DNA from: a virus
Lineage: Duplodnaviria; Caudoviricetes
IMG/VR virus record: IMGVR_UViG_2974506496_000001
Coordinates: 207,183-271,182 of that record
Length of the DNA stretch: 64,000 nucleotides
Strand: one strand, 5' to 3'
Under the pieces are notes generated by a model. The model did not search any database. It saw nothing but the letters and a program-made list of their open reading frames with translations, and was not told where the DNA came from. How positions within the stretch are numbered: position 1 is the first letter of the stretch; the number at the start of each line of letters is the position of its first letter. Shown in pieces: positions 1 through 9,452 of the stretch. The translations under genes were made by a program, and so were the position numbers.

Positions 1-11
1 TTATTAACGAC

Positions 12-671
12 ATGTACTTTGTCATCTACCCGAATAAAATCAGGTTCCGTGGTGGCGAGTATGATAAGTACATCGAAGCGATTGCCTTGATGTATGGACT
101 GGTGAGTAATAAGAAGGTCAAGACCAAAGGCTTCGGCGGGACGTATAACCACGTCAAGTTTGAGCAAAGCATCATGAAAGACAAGCAGCTGTTGAAGACG
201 TACCTTACGCTCATCAACAAGGTGTTCTCCTTCTTCTTTATTAAAGTGAAGGAACCTGAACAACGCTGTCTCATTTATTGTGCCACGGTCGAGATGTGTT
301 TGTACGTGACGGATTATCTGAGCACTATCCATGATACCCTGATCGTGCGTAAGTATACCCAGGAAGACCCGAAAGAATCGTTGTATGAATCTGACGTGAG
401 TGTTTCGACACTGAAGTCAGCCGGTACCGGTGTGGATATCCCAGGACTCCGCACTTGCATCATGACGATCGCGATTGGGTCACGGCAAGCCAGTGATCAG
501 GCATTGGGGCGACTGCGGCGGTTGAAAGACTACCCGGACACTATCCCGACGTTTGTTTACTTCGCCTGCACGGGTATCGAAGCACACATGAAATACCACA
601 GCAAGAAACTCGAACTCTTCCCAGTGAAGACGTTGAGTCTGCGTGAGGTGAACAGCGGCTTCTCGTTATAA
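12..671 (+). CDS. SF2 (UvsW/Rad25-like) helicase, C-terminal part; gene starts upstream of the window (phiKZ gp75-like position)
   Basis: Motif V STLKSAGTGVDIPGL and motif VI QALGRLRR; frame is open back to the window edge. Confidence 0.8.
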   Translation: MYFVIYPNKIRFRGGEYDKYIEAIALMYGLVSNKKVKTKGFGGTYNHVKFEQSIMKDKQLLKTYLTLINKVFSFFFIKVKEPEQRCLIYCATVEMCLYVTDYLSTIHDTLIVRKYTQEDPKESLYESDVSVSTLKSAGTGVDIPGLRTCIMTIAIGSRQASDQALGRLRRLKDYPDTIPTFVYFACTGIEAHMKYHSKKLELFPVKTLSLREVNSGFSL

Positions 672-682
672 ACTGACTGTGT

Positions 683-719
683 AAAAGACCAGGGGGCTTA
701 CTCCTTGGTCTTTTATGCT
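683..719 (+). terminator. Hairpin + TATGC-type element
   Basis: aaaagaccaggggg/ctccttggtctttt stem followed by TATGCT, just after the helicase stop. Confidence 0.7.
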
Positions 720-755
720 TTCTTTCCTTTTCTTTTTGTTAAGGATACACAGCTT

Positions 756-1082
756 ATGAATGGTAACCGACCAGTAATGGTGATTGGCGGCATGGGGTTG
801 AGTCCTGCATTGATTGAGCGCTTACGGCAGTTAGACGACCTGGAGATCAAGTTGGTGGCCGATGTGGCAATCAGCGATATCCTGGAGTTTGAACCGGGTT
901 ATGCTCGCGGCTTGGTTCAGGCGATTCAGCATCAGCAACAACGTGAGTGGAATCCCTTCCGGGAAAGCTACTGGGATAACTTCATTACCCTGCGACGTAA
1001 AGAAGTCAACGGACATACCCGCATTCCTCCCAAGAAAGCCACCTGCAGCTCCCGTCGTAAGGGACGGAGGTTCAAGGGATGA
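756..1082 (+). CDS. Hypothetical protein with basic C-terminal tail
   Basis: ATG 756 preceded by AAGGA; ends SSRRKGRRFKG; ATGA overlap with next gene. Confidence 0.7.
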   Translation: MNGNRPVMVIGGMGLSPALIERLRQLDDLEIKLVADVAISDILEFEPGYARGLVQAIQHQQQREWNPFRESYWDNFITLRRKEVNGHTRIPPKKATCSSRRKGRRFKG

Positions 1083-1402
1083 GCGAGATCGATTATCGTG
1101 CATTGAAGTATTGTGTCACCAAGGTTAGTCGGCGTATCCGCGACGGGGATTCCCGTAACGCGTCACGTTGCCTCTTCCAGTATGTTGAGACGCACGCCGC
1201 ATTACAAGACATGGCCGCCATTGATCGTCTTTTAGCACAGTGCCGAGAAAATAAGGTACCCCTAAAAGAGATCAACAAAGTCTCGTTACTGCGTGCATGC
1301 TCATGTTTACGCCCCCACCTTACAGAGTATCAGTCGTGTATGGACCTGTGGCGCCAGGACATTAAAGCGGCGGGTATGGAAAACTTATTAATAGGATTGT
1401 GA
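1079..1402 (+). CDS. Hypothetical protein
   Basis: Translationally coupled ORF, 107 aa. Confidence 0.7.
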   Translation: MSEIDYRALKYCVTKVSRRIRDGDSRNASRCLFQYVETHAALQDMAAIDRLLAQCRENKVPLKEINKVSLLRACSCLRPHLTEYQSCMDLWRQDIKAAGMENLLIGL

Positions 1403-1403
1403 T

Positions 1404-1766
1404 ATGTCTGATTATTGTGCGGATATCTTTAAAGCGATCAGTTGCAAAACCCCCACCAAAGGCAGTGAACTCTACATCGATGATTTCGGTGATCTGTGGA
1501 TGTTGATTCCCAAGCTTAACCGCTTCGGTGAGCAGTCAGTGTTTCGTCAGTATGCCGGTAACCTTGCGTTGATGGCTGACCGCGGGCAGATGTATCAGGG
1601 TCAGTTATATGTGTGTGAGTTGATCCCGGGATATCACTTGGTGTTAACCAACCAAGCCGTGATGGTCAACCAATACAGCCTGGTGCAGTATGTGAAGACC
1701 CGTGCTGCGAAAGTGGAAGCGCGCTACCGTAAGAAACCCAAGCCGATGAGCCGAGCTTACGCGTAA
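1404..1766 (+). CDS. Hypothetical protein
   Basis: AGGA RBS, 120 aa, basic tail RYRKKPKP. Confidence 0.7.
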   Translation: MSDYCADIFKAISCKTPTKGSELYIDDFGDLWMLIPKLNRFGEQSVFRQYAGNLALMADRGQMYQGQLYVCELIPGYHLVLTNQAVMVNQYSLVQYVKTRAAKVEARYRKKPKPMSRAYA

Positions 1767-1796
1767 GCAACCTGACTGACAAGAAAGGATAGACCT

Positions 1797-2306
1797 ATGT
1801 TCGAATGGTTCTCTGTGTTATTGATGAAGTGGTTGACCCGAAAGGAAAAGAAACACAACAGGACAGTGCGGGTAGAACCGGTGGTGTTTGAACCGCAACT
1901 CAAACCCACCCCGCAGCCGTTGAGTAACGCGTTAAAAGAAGAAGCGCAGCAGATTCGGGACACCCTGCTGTTTGAGTCGCCGTTGAATAAATCCCGACCG
2001 ATCCCGACCAAACCCACCTTACGGGTAGTAAGACCCAGTACAAGCTCCTCACGCCCACACGGTAAGGCGAACGATGACAGCATGCTAACACATGCCTTAT
2101 TGATGCAGCAGGTGTTAGCAGACGATACAGCGCCGTCTGATCGTCATCATCGTACCCATGCCCCTCAGGATAACCACCGCCATGAAGACCGACCCTCGTA
2201 CCATTCCACGCCCACTCATCATAGCAGTTCTAGTAGTAGTCGCGATGATGATAACGGGAGTAATGATTACAGTAGCGGACCTAGTGACAGCGGTTCGTCT
2301 GATTAA
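1797..2306 (+). CDS. Hypothetical protein, hydrophobic N-terminus and Ser/Asp/His-rich disordered tail
   Basis: AAGGA RBS; starts MFEWFSVLLMKW; ends HHSSSSSSRDDDNGSNDYSSGPSDSGSSD. Confidence 0.7.
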   Translation: MFEWFSVLLMKWLTRKEKKHNRTVRVEPVVFEPQLKPTPQPLSNALKEEAQQIRDTLLFESPLNKSRPIPTKPTLRVVRPSTSSSRPHGKANDDSMLTHALLMQQVLADDTAPSDRHHRTHAPQDNHRHEDRPSYHSTPTHHSSSSSSRDDDNGSNDYSSGPSDSGSSD

Positions 2307-2345
2307 TACCCTCGATTAACCTTACGTAATAAGGAACGCCTCACC

Positions 2346-3203
2346 ATGACAGATCCCCACCCCATTCTCGCCGCAGCCATCGGAGAGCCCCAGGATGACG
2401 ATTGCTGGGATTTTCCGGGCGAGACTGTTGTTGGTCACGGCGACTTGATGTACACCAACATCCATAAGCCTCAGGCATTATGGAACGGTGTTATCCGGTC
2501 ACTGCGAAAACGTTTCCTTACTGAACCATCAATTAACCAAAAGGATACTTGTATGACCGAGCAATACAAGCCATCGCCTGACACCGGCTACCAAAACCTT
2601 TTCTGTGAGCCCGATGTTCTCAACACAAACGACCGAATTTATCCCCGCAAGAGTCTGGTAGCCTTACTGGAGAAATTCCCCTCCGATAATTTTCGTGGAA
2701 CACCCGCAGTTCGCTATCCTTTTATGCGCCGTCTGGCGGTGTTGTTTAAGATAGCGTTCTTACAGACCAGCCTTGACCAGAAAGCTTTATCCTTGAATAC
2801 ACGCCAGACCGGTAAACCACGGATCACGCAACATTCATTAACTAGTATCTGTAATTTAATGCACCAGCTGCATTATGAGCTCAGAGAGCTTCAGTATCAG
2901 AACCCCAATCCGATTGACCTGACCCGTTATGCAAGGCTGTTGAAGTGGGAAGCTGTAAAGACGGAAAAACCAGAGTGGCTTACATCCCTGGATGCAATTG
3001 AGTCACGCACCAAGTATAGCCGTCCGTTTGATGAAGATGTGGCGCATATGTACCTGAACCCCATAATGCCGATTCATAGACAAATTCAGGCGATGGAGCT
3101 TTTACCGGATTTGTTTGTGCCAACCAATCCTAAGTTCGGTAAAGCACTCACAGAACAACTCAACCGTGAAGCGCTGATTGCGCCACGCAAGCGCAGAGGT
3201 TAA
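2346..3203 (+). CDS. Hypothetical protein (possible second in-frame start at 2553)
   Basis: AAGGA RBS before both 2346 and 2553; ends APRKRRG. Confidence 0.7.
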   Translation: MTDPHPILAAAIGEPQDDDCWDFPGETVVGHGDLMYTNIHKPQALWNGVIRSLRKRFLTEPSINQKDTCMTEQYKPSPDTGYQNLFCEPDVLNTNDRIYPRKSLVALLEKFPSDNFRGTPAVRYPFMRRLAVLFKIAFLQTSLDQKALSLNTRQTGKPRITQHSLTSICNLMHQLHYELRELQYQNPNPIDLTRYARLLKWEAVKTEKPEWLTSLDAIESRTKYSRPFDEDVAHMYLNPIMPIHRQIQAMELLPDLFVPTNPKFGKALTEQLNREALIAPRKRRG

Positions 3204-3205
3204 TC

Positions 3206-4345
3206 ATGGCACTGGATCAAGAGTATTATGAAAAGGCATTGGGTGTCCTACTGACCAAAGGCTTCTCTAACCAAGAAGCTGACCAGATCGCCACCACGCT
3301 TTCGGTATATCTCCCGATGCGTTTCATCAAAGCTGGTGTATGGGCACTCATGCCTTACGACCAGCATCCGGCTGATCCCCTGGCATTTAAACACATGCGG
3401 CTACTTGACCGTATCCCTGAGTTAAAGAAACCAGTGATCCTTCAAATGCCGACTGACTTTACTTACACCACGTATGGTCAGGAGTATTGCCCTGGTGCTG
3501 ACTCGCCGGTATACACCACAGGACCCGATGGCTATACACATCATCCGGTTGGTTGGGAAAGTGGCATTACTGGCATGCCAGGCGTAATGGGTCCGGCTGG
3601 GGATGACAATATTGAAGTCAGTGATCTGACCTGTGATCACCCCCAAAGCGATTTTAGACTATCGTTACCTGCCGAATCAATGGCTAGTCAGTTTACCGTT
3701 GTCATGCGGGTTGGTGGTAAGGCTATTAAAATGACGCTGGAAGAACTCATCCAGGAAATTGGAGGTTATGACAAACTTCCTGCTTCTGCACGTGCTGCGA
3801 TTGATCGTGTCATGGAAGAGCATCGCAATGCCCCTGTAACTACTGTATCTGTGCGTACACCCTTACCAGGCGGAGTATCTCAGGATCAAGCTGACTATCT
3901 GAAACTGGGCGACCTCAGCGACATCGAAGGGATCAAACGGGCTTACCCGATCATCGACGAGAAAACAGCTGAACGGATGTCTAAGTTGCATTGTCAGCTT
4001 AATCAGCATATCGCGCGGGTTCATCGTGAGCCGAGAGACGTTGAGGTATTTGATCTGCTTGCGGGCGATCACTCTCAGCGGATATTCCAATCTCGTCATG
4101 CTAAACGTCAGTACCCAAACAGTTTGTTTGAGAAGTTCCTGCCGGATCAAGCAGACATCGATGAACCCGAGGGCATGACTGTTAAAATCAAAACTCACAG
4201 CATACGTCACTTCGGTCACGGTCTTGAAATTAGCACGCCGTTGTTTGGTCAATCCCACAAAAACCCTACGGGACCACAAACCATGCCGGGGCTTGAGAAA
4301 GGCCGTGATGGTAAACGTAAACGTAATAAGAAGGGCAGACGATGA
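3206..4345 (+). CDS. Hypothetical protein with basic tail
   Basis: GAGG RBS, 379 aa, ends GRDGKRKRNKKGRR. Confidence 0.75.
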   Translation: MALDQEYYEKALGVLLTKGFSNQEADQIATTLSVYLPMRFIKAGVWALMPYDQHPADPLAFKHMRLLDRIPELKKPVILQMPTDFTYTTYGQEYCPGADSPVYTTGPDGYTHHPVGWESGITGMPGVMGPAGDDNIEVSDLTCDHPQSDFRLSLPAESMASQFTVVMRVGGKAIKMTLEELIQEIGGYDKLPASARAAIDRVMEEHRNAPVTTVSVRTPLPGGVSQDQADYLKLGDLSDIEGIKRAYPIIDEKTAERMSKLHCQLNQHIARVHREPRDVEVFDLLAGDHSQRIFQSRHAKRQYPNSLFEKFLPDQADIDEPEGMTVKIKTHSIRHFGHGLEISTPLFGQSHKNPTGPQTMPGLEKGRDGKRKRNKKGRR

Positions 4346-5115
4346 TCGATCGCAGTTTTGAAGGTGGCTGGGAGTCTATACTGCAATGGCATGGGTTTGC
4401 TGATCGTGCTAAACAGGGGCTGTCTGAGCACTTTGTTATCGTGGATTACGGAACCCTGGCAGAGGCCGCCGCTTTTGAGCAATTGACAGCGCTGGCGGAG
4501 AAAGTGAAGTATGTCTCAGTCGAGCGAGTTAAAGCCGTTGACTTTACCCCGACGCTTGTACGTACGCTACATGAACGTGAACATGGCTGGCATTACTGTC
4601 ATGTCATGGGGCGATGTGGTTACGGCGGCCACGGGATAATGATCGGTGCTAATGGCGGCTGGACAGGCGCGCACGGCGGTGCAGGTGATGCAGGCCCGCC
4701 CTCAACACCTGATGATGGCTCGATACTATACCAGACAGATTACAGTAGTCTCGGTATCCAGGACCGAGGATTTACTACACTGCAAGACATGATGGAAAAC
4801 GCCAGCCCTTACGATTACCCTCGGGAGATTCGTATAGTAGGGGATCGGCATGACCCGGATGTCAAAGCGTTAACGCAGGCAGTGATAAAGCTTGTTGGGC
4901 GTCGAGCTATCAAAGTAGTTAACATACCGCATGCCGACATGATGTATAGACCCGGCCCGCACCGAACGTATAACCTCGCGCCGGAGAAATACCGGGAGCG
5001 ATTTGACATTGCTTATAAACAAGCATTAGAAAATCTCAACAAGGCGGCCATCCTGCCGTATGCCCGTGGACCATTGCAGTCTGTTCTGGCATCAAAGCGC
5101 AAGAAACACTTTTAA
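4342..5115 (+). CDS. Hypothetical protein with Gly-rich internal segment and basic tail
   Basis: ATGA overlap; 257 aa; ends ASKRKKHF. Confidence 0.75.
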   Translation: MIDRSFEGGWESILQWHGFADRAKQGLSEHFVIVDYGTLAEAAAFEQLTALAEKVKYVSVERVKAVDFTPTLVRTLHEREHGWHYCHVMGRCGYGGHGIMIGANGGWTGAHGGAGDAGPPSTPDDGSILYQTDYSSLGIQDRGFTTLQDMMENASPYDYPREIRIVGDRHDPDVKALTQAVIKLVGRRAIKVVNIPHADMMYRPGPHRTYNLAPEKYRERFDIAYKQALENLNKAAILPYARGPLQSVLASKRKKHF

Positions 5116-5142
5116 TCAGTTCCCCTCAACAGGAGAGTAACC

Positions 5143-5448
5143 ATGTGTAACATGCGATCGGATTGGTTTGTAGAAGACGAACCGTCCATGAAGGAAAGTG
5201 ATCCGCATTTCGACAATAAAGCAATGGATGGCTTGATGGCAAAGATCCGTGACTTTGTTAAAGAGAGTGATGCGGCGACCTATGTCCCGCAAGCCCTGTT
5301 TGGCGAAGCCGGTAAAGTTAACCTGTCCAAAGTGGCAGCAGTAACCCGTCCGGTCGATCACCTCATTACCCTGAACCCAGTGGCCAATGACGGTGATGTG
5401 TATCTGGACTTCGCGCGAGGGAAGCGGCGTGGATACAAACCCCACTGA
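5143..5448 (+). CDS. Hypothetical protein
   Basis: AGGAG RBS; ends ARGKRRGYKPH. Confidence 0.7.
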   Translation: MCNMRSDWFVEDEPSMKESDPHFDNKAMDGLMAKIRDFVKESDAATYVPQALFGEAGKVNLSKVAAVTRPVDHLITLNPVANDGDVYLDFARGKRRGYKPH

Positions 5449-5659
5449 AGTTAACATCGAGCAGGCCAATCGTTATGAGGGGTCTACCGATGATTTGGTC
5501 CAGCAAGCTAATGATCGTGGTTTTCTCCAGGGGATTCGTATCACTTCTGGCGAGGACATCGATCCAAGCATTTGGACACCTGAGAAGATCGAAAAGTTGA
5601 AAGCTGCACTTCGACATATTCGTGACTCAGAACAACGCATCAAAGGTAGCCAGGGGTAA
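5429..5659 (+). CDS. Small hypothetical protein
   Basis: GTG 5429 preceded by GAGGGA; in frame with track ORF 5387..5659. Confidence 0.5.
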   Translation: MDTNPTEVNIEQANRYEGSTDDLVQQANDRGFLQGIRITSGEDIDPSIWTPEKIEKLKAALRHIRDSEQRIKGSQG

Positions 5660-5677
5660 CACCCTGGCTTTATGCCG
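5648..5677 (+). terminator. Hairpin + TATGCCG element
   Basis: agccaggg/ccctggct stem then tTATGCCG. Confidence 0.7.
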
Positions 5678-5697
5678 GTTTAACGAGGACGTGTAAC

Positions 5698-6153
5698 ATG
5701 GAATCGAGCGGTTTGATTACGCTGGCAATGGTCTTTTTAACCTTCGTCATTGGGTTATGTTGTTGGCTGACGCGTTTCATACGCTATCACACCAACCGCT
5801 ACACCGTTGACACCAAGAAGGCGTTAAAGCAATTTGCCTGTAAGCTTGAAAGAGTACTGGATGTCCCGCAGCCGTATTCGCTGGCACAAAGCGAAATGAC
5901 AAGGCTGGATAATGAACTGAACGCTTCTCTCTTCCTCTTTGAAGAGATCACAGGGAAGATCCACGATGAAACCAGTCGACTGTACCTGGAGTCAAGTTTC
6001 ATGGTGGTGCGCGGCACTCAACACGATACCCCGATTCGTATCTGTGTGGCGAACACAATCTTCAGCCTGTCAACGACTAACCACAATCACCACAGCGTCA
6101 TGAAGGTCATCAACGACTTTAATAACCGCTTGGCTAAAATTGTAGAAAGTTAA
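5698..6153 (+). CDS. Hypothetical membrane-anchored protein
   Basis: GAGGA RBS; N-terminal hydrophobic helix LITLAMVFLTFVIGLCCWL. Confidence 0.7.
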   Translation: MESSGLITLAMVFLTFVIGLCCWLTRFIRYHTNRYTVDTKKALKQFACKLERVLDVPQPYSLAQSEMTRLDNELNASLFLFEEITGKIHDETSRLYLESSFMVVRGTQHDTPIRICVANTIFSLSTTNHNHHSVMKVINDFNNRLAKIVES

Positions 6154-6154
6154 G

Positions 6155-6190
6155 CACAGAAAAACTCAGACCTATATCACGCCCGTGATA
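6155..6190 (+). promoter_or_regulatory. Putative phage early (virion RNAP) promoter
   Basis: AGACCTATATCAC at 6168-6180; same motif recurs at 13826, 54044 and 63922; resembles the phiKZ early TATATTAC consensus. Confidence 0.6.
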
Positions 6191-6228
6191 GACCCCTCAA
6201 CCCCCATTAATCTTAAGTGAGTTCAATC

Positions 6229-6669
6229 ATGAAATACGTTTACACTATTATCGCTGTTCTTGGTTTCTCTTTTGCGTCTGTTGCAGTTGCTGCAGATCAA
6301 ACCAAAGTGGTGAAAGGTTGGTACGCCGAATACAACACGGCTTCGGTCCTGTATTCTGCTGGGCCAAAGAAAGGACAAGAATTGACCATGGAATGTGTAT
6401 TAGGTGGTTGGACGTTTGCGTATGCAGACAAGATGGGCGAGGAAGTAAACTCGGTCGATGATGACATGACAATCCTGGTCGACGGTGCAGCGTTTGCTGT
6501 GCCGAAGACTCAGGGTCAGCGTGAGAAGTTATACGCCGCCATTCAGCACGCTAAGAGTGGTATTCAATACAAGACCCACGCCTATGGTGTGTCGGTAGTA
6601 TTCCCAGTGGATGGCTTGGCCGAGATGTTTCGTGACCTGCCGTTTGAAGTCAGCCCGTGCATGAGCTAA
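6229..6669 (+). CDS. Exported/periplasmic hypothetical protein
   Basis: Sec signal peptide MKYVYTIIAVLGFSFASVAVAA-D; two Cys in the mature part. Confidence 0.7.
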   Translation: MKYVYTIIAVLGFSFASVAVAADQTKVVKGWYAEYNTASVLYSAGPKKGQELTMECVLGGWTFAYADKMGEEVNSVDDDMTILVDGAAFAVPKTQGQREKLYAAIQHAKSGIQYKTHAYGVSVVFPVDGLAEMFRDLPFEVSPCMS

Positions 6670-6682
6670 AAGGAAAACAATT

Positions 6683-7384
6683 GTGATGACCCCTACCAAA
6701 CAAATTAAACGCAGCTACCGTCTGATCAAAGTGACTGCCGATGTAACACGGGATAACTGGGTCGGGAAAGACATCGACTTCATTGTTCAGCCCAATAAAG
6801 ACATGATCGACGACACCACACGTGGTGGACCTAATCGCCTGCTCGCGACATACATCGTGCTGGGTAACCGTATTCCTGTAACCGTTAACAGCCATGCGGC
6901 CATTACCCGGGAAGAAGGCTTGCAGGATCTGCAGGTCAGTATTGTCGATGGTCAGTCAAAATACATTGACATCAGTAATGTGCGTTACGTCGTGTCGTGT
7001 GAGTTAGAAGAGCACTTCACCTGCACCCCACCAAAAGAACCTTCGCTACTTGATCAGCTGGTTGGCGGACCAATGGGTGACCCAACCCATATGTTCATTA
7101 TCGATGAAAACTATAACGTCTTTGTCGGCACAGCGAACGATTCACAGGAAGATTATACCTTGGCTGGTCGTCTGATCAGTAACCTCGGTTCTCATGATGC
7201 TGAAGCTAATGATTTGGAGATTATCGGCAGTTATCCTGATGACCAAGGTGACCACTACTACGTCTCCATTGACTGGAACAAGTCATTCATTTCCGGGATT
7301 TCCAACAACGAGAAATGCGAATGGTTTAACCAACTCGATGCACTGGTAGCAATGTTGCTGGAAAAGATTAAAGTTACAGTGTAA
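6683..7384 (+). CDS. Hypothetical protein
   Basis: AAGGA RBS, 233 aa. Confidence 0.7.
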   Translation: MMTPTKQIKRSYRLIKVTADVTRDNWVGKDIDFIVQPNKDMIDDTTRGGPNRLLATYIVLGNRIPVTVNSHAAITREEGLQDLQVSIVDGQSKYIDISNVRYVVSCELEEHFTCTPPKEPSLLDQLVGGPMGDPTHMFIIDENYNVFVGTANDSQEDYTLAGRLISNLGSHDAEANDLEIIGSYPDDQGDHYYVSIDWNKSFISGISNNEKCEWFNQLDALVAMLLEKIKVTV

Positions 7385-7392
7385 GTAATATC

Positions 7393-7425
7393 AGGCAGGG
7401 GGAATACTCTCTGCCTTTATTTTTT
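7393..7425 (+). terminator. Intrinsic terminator
   Basis: aggcaggggg/ctctctgcct stem followed by a T-rich tract. Confidence 0.7.
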
Positions 7426-7437
7426 GTGGTATTCTGC

Positions 7438-7470
7438 CACAGAAAACTACTGGCCATACTACCAGTGGTA
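7438..7470 (+). promoter_or_regulatory. Possible variant early promoter
   Basis: cacagaaaact...GGCCATACTAC; shares the cacagaaaa(a)ct upstream box with the 6155 site. Confidence 0.4.
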
Positions 7471-7496
7471 TTCACTCAATAGACTGCGAGGAATAA

Positions 7497-8057
7497 ATGA
7501 TGTTTGATAAAATTGAAGGATTGGCTGATGTGATCGAGCTGAAGTACGGCTTGCTTGATATCACCTATCACCGCGGTAACGACAAAGACCTCTATGTCGA
7601 TGTCTTTTATAAAGACACACGCTTGTCAAGCCGGCGTGACCTGACCGATGCCCTGGACTACGCTTATATCGGTGTGCGGTTGTGTAACCCTCAGTTCGGT
7701 GCCTGGTGTTATGGTGCTGAGCGTGAGTTGGTCATGTCGCATTTAATGGACGCATTGAGAATGGTGGGTAAGCCTGCACCCAGGGCGGTTGAAGACTCAC
7801 GGTTAAAGACAGGGATTCATCGTACCATTCAGCTGCTTACCGAGAACGGTAACCTGCATCCGAAAGAGGATGATATCCGCATCACGATCCATCGCGCGGC
7901 ACGAGTGGACTACGGTTCAACAGATACCATCGAAACAACCATCAGCATGACCAACCACGATATTACTATTAGTAAGCGACGGATTGAGTGTGTCAGTGGT
8001 GAGATGCGGGATTTACAAGCATGGGCGCGTAAGTTATATGCGAGACACTTTGAATAA
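7497..8057 (+). CDS. Hypothetical protein
   Basis: GAGGA RBS, 186 aa. Confidence 0.7.
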   Translation: MMFDKIEGLADVIELKYGLLDITYHRGNDKDLYVDVFYKDTRLSSRRDLTDALDYAYIGVRLCNPQFGAWCYGAERELVMSHLMDALRMVGKPAPRAVEDSRLKTGIHRTIQLLTENGNLHPKEDDIRITIHRAARVDYGSTDTIETTISMTNHDITISKRRIECVSGEMRDLQAWARKLYARHFE

Positions 8058-8067
8058 CGAGGTAGCT

Positions 8068-8469
8068 ATGGGTAGTGCGTACTGTAAGGTTGTGGCAATC
8101 CACAGCATCTATGTACACAGTGCAGCGATGGAAGCGGTATCCGCTAAATACAGGAGCTGTTTTCGTTTGGCGTATAACTTCGTGAATGCTACGCAGTTAG
8201 CCCAACAGCTACGGCTTGCCGTGAAGAACAGCGAAATCCTGATTGTCGATACCAGTGACTTTACTCGCCGGGCACTTAACAATCTTAATGAGCAGTTCTA
8301 CTGCATCTATCCGGGTGAGGAACAACATTCCGATATGTCAGTCAAGCATCAGCGTAACTGTCGCATGACGCCTGACTGTATTCATATCGAAATTCAAAAC
8401 CTCAGCGACTTTGAGCGCTTAAACTGGGAAGTTCGACCCGATGCAGGGTTAAGGATATCACGCCGTTAG
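8068..8469 (+). CDS. Hypothetical protein
   Basis: ATG 8068 with GAGGT RBS, in frame with track ORF 7984..8469. Confidence 0.65.
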   Translation: MGSAYCKVVAIHSIYVHSAAMEAVSAKYRSCFRLAYNFVNATQLAQQLRLAVKNSEILIVDTSDFTRRALNNLNEQFYCIYPGEEQHSDMSVKHQRNCRMTPDCIHIEIQNLSDFERLNWEVRPDAGLRISRR

Positions 8470-8471
8470 AA

Positions 8472-8523
8472 CGGCATATAGGCCCTCCGTAATGGAGGGC
8501 CTTTTATGACATCTTTTTTTTTT
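8472..8523. terminator. Bidirectional hairpin element between convergent genes
   Basis: CGGCATA + aggccctcc/ggagggcct stem + TATGAC + T10. Confidence 0.75.
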
Positions 8524-8534
8524 GGTTTACAGCG

Positions 8535-8981
8535 TTATACCAGGCGCTGAGTTAACTGCGAACTATATTGAATAGCGTGATAGGTCGCAGGTTTCTCAAG
8601 CTGCTCGGTGCAGCGGTAGACCGGGGTCTTCATAAAAGGGCAACCGGCATTCATTAATGCCTCACGGTTGCTGGGCGACTCATCCACGCGAATCACCACA
8701 TCCGTGGACTGGAAGCCAAAGACTTCCCGCTTCGTTGCAGTATATTCTGCATCCAGCACCACGATCTTACGGTTGATCACCAGCTTCACGGCCACCGGGT
8801 ATTTGATTACCAGGTCTGACCCTAAGCCCGCCAAGACAAACTTAATGACAAACTTCTTAAGTCCATTTAGCAACTGACTCTCACTGGCCCAACTTTTAAC
8901 AATCTGCAGCATGTGTGTATTTCCACTCATATAAGGGGAAGTTAAGAAAAGCAACCTGAGGGCCCGTCCGTGATCCCTCAT
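8535..8981 (-). CDS. Hypothetical protein (true start probably a downstream Met)
   Basis: 148-aa ORF co-oriented with the upstream minus-strand operon. Confidence 0.5.
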   Translation of the reverse strand: MRDHGRALRLLFLTSPYMSGNTHMLQIVKSWASESQLLNGLKKFVIKFVLAGLGSDLVIKYPVAVKLVINRKIVVLDAEYTATKREVFGFQSTDVVIRVDESPSNREALMNAGCPFMKTPVYRCTEQLEKPATYHAIQYSSQLTQRLV

Positions 8982-8987
8982 AATGTA

Positions 8988-9452
8988 TTACTTCATACCG
9001 TCCAACTGCTTTTGAAGTTCCTTTAACTGACGGCTTGCATCCGGCGTCTCGGCGTCATGATCTCTGATCGCTTCAATAAACGACTTCCGTTTGCAATAAG
9101 GATACTTCATCCATTTATCAAATGACAAACCAAATTTGCCCAAGATATCCGCACGCAGATATTCGAGCTCATACTTTCGATACCCAACTAACGCCAGCGA
9201 GTCTTCCTGCTCGACCTGTAAGATTAACGAGAGCGGCGAGGTTTCCACGTTATGGTCAATAATCCCAAACGTGTCATCGTAAAGCTCTGTTAATCGAATT
9301 AGTGGATACTCCCAGTTCTCGGTAAGAAACGTGGGGTTTTCTAACGCGACATCCCAGGCATCGGACCGATCACTTTCGGACAGACCGAAATCCCAATGGA
9401 TTAGATGTCGGCTTGATCGAACGTCTGATTCAGTGTATTCGTCATTAGGGTA
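8988..9452 (-). CDS. Putative -1 frameshift extension of the 9401..11020 protein (gpGT-like tail/baseplate chaperone C-terminal part)
   Basis: In the -1 frame, overlapping the 3' end of the upstream gene across a T TTT TTT heptamer; no Met until near its C-terminus; KFGLSFDKWMKYPYCKRKSFIEAI recalls gpT/T4 gp51-like short domains. Confidence 0.6.
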   Translation of the reverse strand, partial: YPNDEYTESDVRSSRHLIHWDFGLSESDRSDAWDVALENPTFLTENWEYPLIRLTELYDDTFGIIDHNVETSPLSLILQVEQEDSLALVGYRKYELEYLRADILGKFGLSFDKWMKYPYCKRKSFIEAIRDHDAETPDASRQLKELQKQLDGMK

